NCBI RefSeq assembly: GCF_963921235.1
Contig: NC_086108.1
Location: 7,440,001-7,504,000 of the forward strand
Direction: 5' to 3'
Source of the DNA: Mobula hypostoma
Taxonomy: Eukaryota
Length of the DNA stretch: 64,000 bases
Part shown: piece by piece, positions 60,930-64,000 of the stretch
Layout: the number at the start of each line of letters is the position of its first letter
Position numbering within the stretch: the stretch's first letter is position 1
Notes under the pieces: generated by a model
Seen by the model: the letters and a program-made list of their open reading frames with translations, nothing else
Told to the model about the DNA's origin: nothing
The model's database searches: none
Program-made: the position numbers and the translations under genes

Positions 60930-61970
60930 GTCATAGAAAAGTGCAGCACAGAAACATACCCCTCGGCCCATCTAGTCCTTGCTGAACCATTTAAACTACG
61001 TACTCCCATTGAGTTGCTCATAGACCACAGCTCTCCAAACGCCTCCCATCCATGTACCCATCCAAACTTCTCTTAAACATTGAAATCGAGCTCACATGCA
61101 CCACTTGTGCTGGCAGCTCATTCCACACTCTAACGAACCACTGAGTGAAGGAATTTCCCTTCATGTTCCCCTTAAACTTTTCACCTGTCACCTTTAACCC
61201 ATGACCTCTTGTACTCCCACCCAAACTCCGTGGAAAAAACCTGCTTGCATTTCCCCAGCCTATACCCCTCATAATATTGTATACCTCTATCAAATCTCCT
61301 CTCAATCTTCTACATTCCCAAGAATAAAGTCCTAACCTATTCAGTCTTTCCTTATAACTCAGGTCCTCCAGACCCAGCAACATCCTTGTAAACTTTCTCT
61401 GTACTCTTTCAACCTTGTATACATCTTTCCTGTAGGTAGGTGACCAAAACTGCACACAATACTCCAAATTAGGCATCAATGTCTTATACAACTTCAAAAC
61501 AACATCCTATCTCCTGTATTCAATACTTCAATATACAAAGGCCAATATGCCAAAAGCTTTCTTTACGATCCTATCTACCTATGATGTCACTTTCAATCAA
61601 TTATGGACCTGCATTCCCAGATCCCTCTGTTCTACCGCGCTCCTCAGTGCCCTTCTGTTCACTGTGTTAGACCTACCCTGGTTGGTCTTACCAAAGTACA
61701 ACACCTCACACTTGTCTGCATTAAATTCCATCTGCCATTTTTCAAGCTGGTCCAGATCCTGCTGCAAGATCTGATAGTCTTCCTCGCTGTCCACTACATC
61801 CCCAGTTTTGGTGACACCCACAAATCTGTTGTCCGGTTAACCACATTATCATCCAGATGCTTGATATAGATGACGGACAACAATGGACCCAGCACCGATC
61901 CCTGCGGCACTCCACTAGTCACAGGCCTCCAGTCAGAGAGGCAACCGTCTACTACCACTGTCTGGCTTCT
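60930..61970 (-). mobile_element. CR1 LINE 3' ~1 kb
   Basis: LQQDLDQLEKWQMEFNADKC, LEYCVQFWSPTYRKD, RVWNELP. Confidence 0.9.
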
Positions 61971-62494
61971 GGCTTCTTTCCAACTCCCTTCATGTTTGGA
62001 TTACAAAGATCAGATTTATTTTTCACATGTACACTGAAACATAGCGTGAAATTTATCATTAGCGTTCGAAACCAACACACCCTAAGGATTTTCTGGGGGA
62101 GGGGTAACACATTCCACACATCCCATGTCGTGTACTCAGTACTATATGGGTGTACTGAGATATCCAGCCGCAATCTGCCAGGAAGCAGGCACCCTCCTGT
62201 CTTAGTTTGATTAAAATCTCTCCGCTACGTGCACACACAGGACAGCTCGCAAGGACTTGATGGGGTGTCACAACATGCGCATCCTGGCAGGAGTCATTAG
62301 AAGCTCAGGACTGGGTGGGGCGAGTGTATGGAGAAGCTGGCCCAATAGTTGTGCCGCACGCCGCCACCTGCTCCTGGTGTCCACTGCATCACTAGAGTGG
62401 AGGCGTAACTCTATTACAGTTCCAGTGGCCTGGGCTCGGTTCCCATCTGAAAAACCTGCAGGTTGGTAAGTTAGTCAGTCACAGAGCTGCTACT

Positions 62495-62880
62495 GTGGGT
62501 GGCAGGGTGGGGAGACATCTCTATGGAAGTGTAAGGTGCTCCTTCCCTCTGCTAACCTGCCCGTCACCCTTGGGCAAGGTGTAGCACCTGCTTAGCCCCA
62601 TCTCTACCCCGATCAGGGTCATGTGAAGCCATGGGAGCAGGTGGTGGATGGTCGTATGAGCAGCTGGTGCAGATCACAAGTCCTGGTTATCTGACCACTG
62701 GCACCAGGCAGACAATCTCTGAAGATTATTGATAATGGCTGGGTGTCACTCGTCTTGGAAAGGCACTGTCCAGAGGAAGGCAAAGGCAAACCACTTCTGT
62801 ACGAACAATTGCCAAGAACAATCATGGTCATGGAACGACCACAATCACCCACGTCTACAACACAGCACATAATGATGACG
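62495..62880 (+). mobile_element. Short non-autonomous retroposon (RTE/Vingi-like), near full length
   Basis: Reverse complement of 23490-23885; ends in CACATAATGATGA. Confidence 0.6.
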
Positions 62881-62926
62881 GTGGGTGTTACTGGGGTGGT
62901 TTGCCAGGAAGGGCCTTTTACCATGC

Positions 62927-63023
62927 TGTTTCTGTAATGTATGGATCTATTTCTTTTAGAGCAATGACCCCCCCCCCAGCATTATGTAATGATCTGTTGT
63001 CCACGCATGCACATTGCCCTCTG

Positions 63024-63121
<98 letters not shown>

Positions 63122-64000
63122 GCTGCAGTGTGACTACACCTGTTAAAGCCATCTCCCATGTGCGTGTTTTTATTTAATTGTTAAGTAGTTGTGCACAGAC
63201 ACAACAAATTGGCGACAAGTATGAACCTGAATGTCAGGAAATAACATGCACTGCACCGACAGTAATGGGATGAAACAGCAAGTTAAACTGCACGAGGAGG
63301 CTGTCACAGGCGCTAACAAAAGTGTGAGTACAGTGCACATTAACGGTGAAAGTCATGCTGAATTTAAAGTGAAAATAACGTGGCGATGGCTTCAGTCAGG
63401 AAAATTGACAAATTTGATCGCACTAATGAACCCTGGGAGTTGTATATCAAGAGGGTGGAACGGTATTGTAACGTGAACAGTGTGCCCTACACTTCTTAGT
63501 TTAATGGACCTAAGAACGTACAGTCTCTTATGCAACTTAGTAACCCCTGAAACGCCAGCAAGCAGGGTATTTGATGAAGTTGTTCCAATTTTACAAAATC
63601 ACTTGAGCCCTAAACTGCTGGAAATAGCTGAGAGATTTAGATTTTACAAAAGGAACCACTCAAAAGATGAAAGCATTTATGAATACATTGCAGAACTGCA
63701 CAAACTTTCCCAGTACTGTGACTTTACAGAAGGACTTTCTGAAGCATTAAGGGGCAAGCTTGTATGTGGCACACATAGTCAAAGCTCCCAAAAGAGGCTA
63801 CTGTCCAAACGAGACCTAATCTTAGAATGGGCACTGACTGTTGCAATATCGTTAGAGACTGCAGTTAAGGGTGCTGCAGAACTACAGAAAAGGATGTTAG
63901 AATGTGAAATGCACAAAATGACCCTGAATGGTGCAAAAGCCAAAGACGTGTTTGATCTGGCAAATCCTCCCATGATGCAAATGACTGTTGGTTCAGAGAA
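62927..64000 (+). mobile_element. Gypsy LTR retrotransposon 5' part: LTR, PBS and decayed gag (runs off the window)
   Basis: LTR ending ACAACA (63206) with an internal (CT)n; PBS-like TGGCGACAAG at 63210; gag motif IAERFRFYKRN..KDESIYEYIAELHKLSQYCDF...LVCG...QKRLL from ~63600. Confidence 0.8.

Overview
Repeat-rich vertebrate genomic DNA. The V-SINE/HE1-type SINEs, CR1, Rex/Babar and Penelope-like elements suggest a cartilaginous fish, probably a batoid (inference). One host gene, absent from the ORF track as a single ORF, can be assembled on the + strand: a BH3-only pro-apoptotic gene most like BBC3/PUMA. It has three coding exons (36895-37117, 41821-41993, 52293-52394; 165 aa), a probable non-coding first exon ending at 29804 beside a p53-type response element and a CRE, and a ~2 kb 3' UTR with 8mer sites for miR-221/222, miR-125 and miR-24. 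Bases ~1213-17785 are a 79-bp C-rich tandem array (~210 copies) that appears to have expanded inside the 3' region of a decayed Penelope-like element. Its 5632-aa and 3719-aa ORFs are most likely by-products of a unit that lacks stop codons. Penelope-like elements and their short fold-back derivatives have scattered more than a dozen minimal hammerhead-ribozyme motifs through the window, including an intact sense-strand copy ~280 nt upstream of the BH3 exon. The rest is nested CR1, Rex/Babar, SINE, Chapaev3-like, Tc1, hAT-MITE and Gypsy debris. All calls were made by eye; repeat boundaries are approximate and family names have not been checked by database search.
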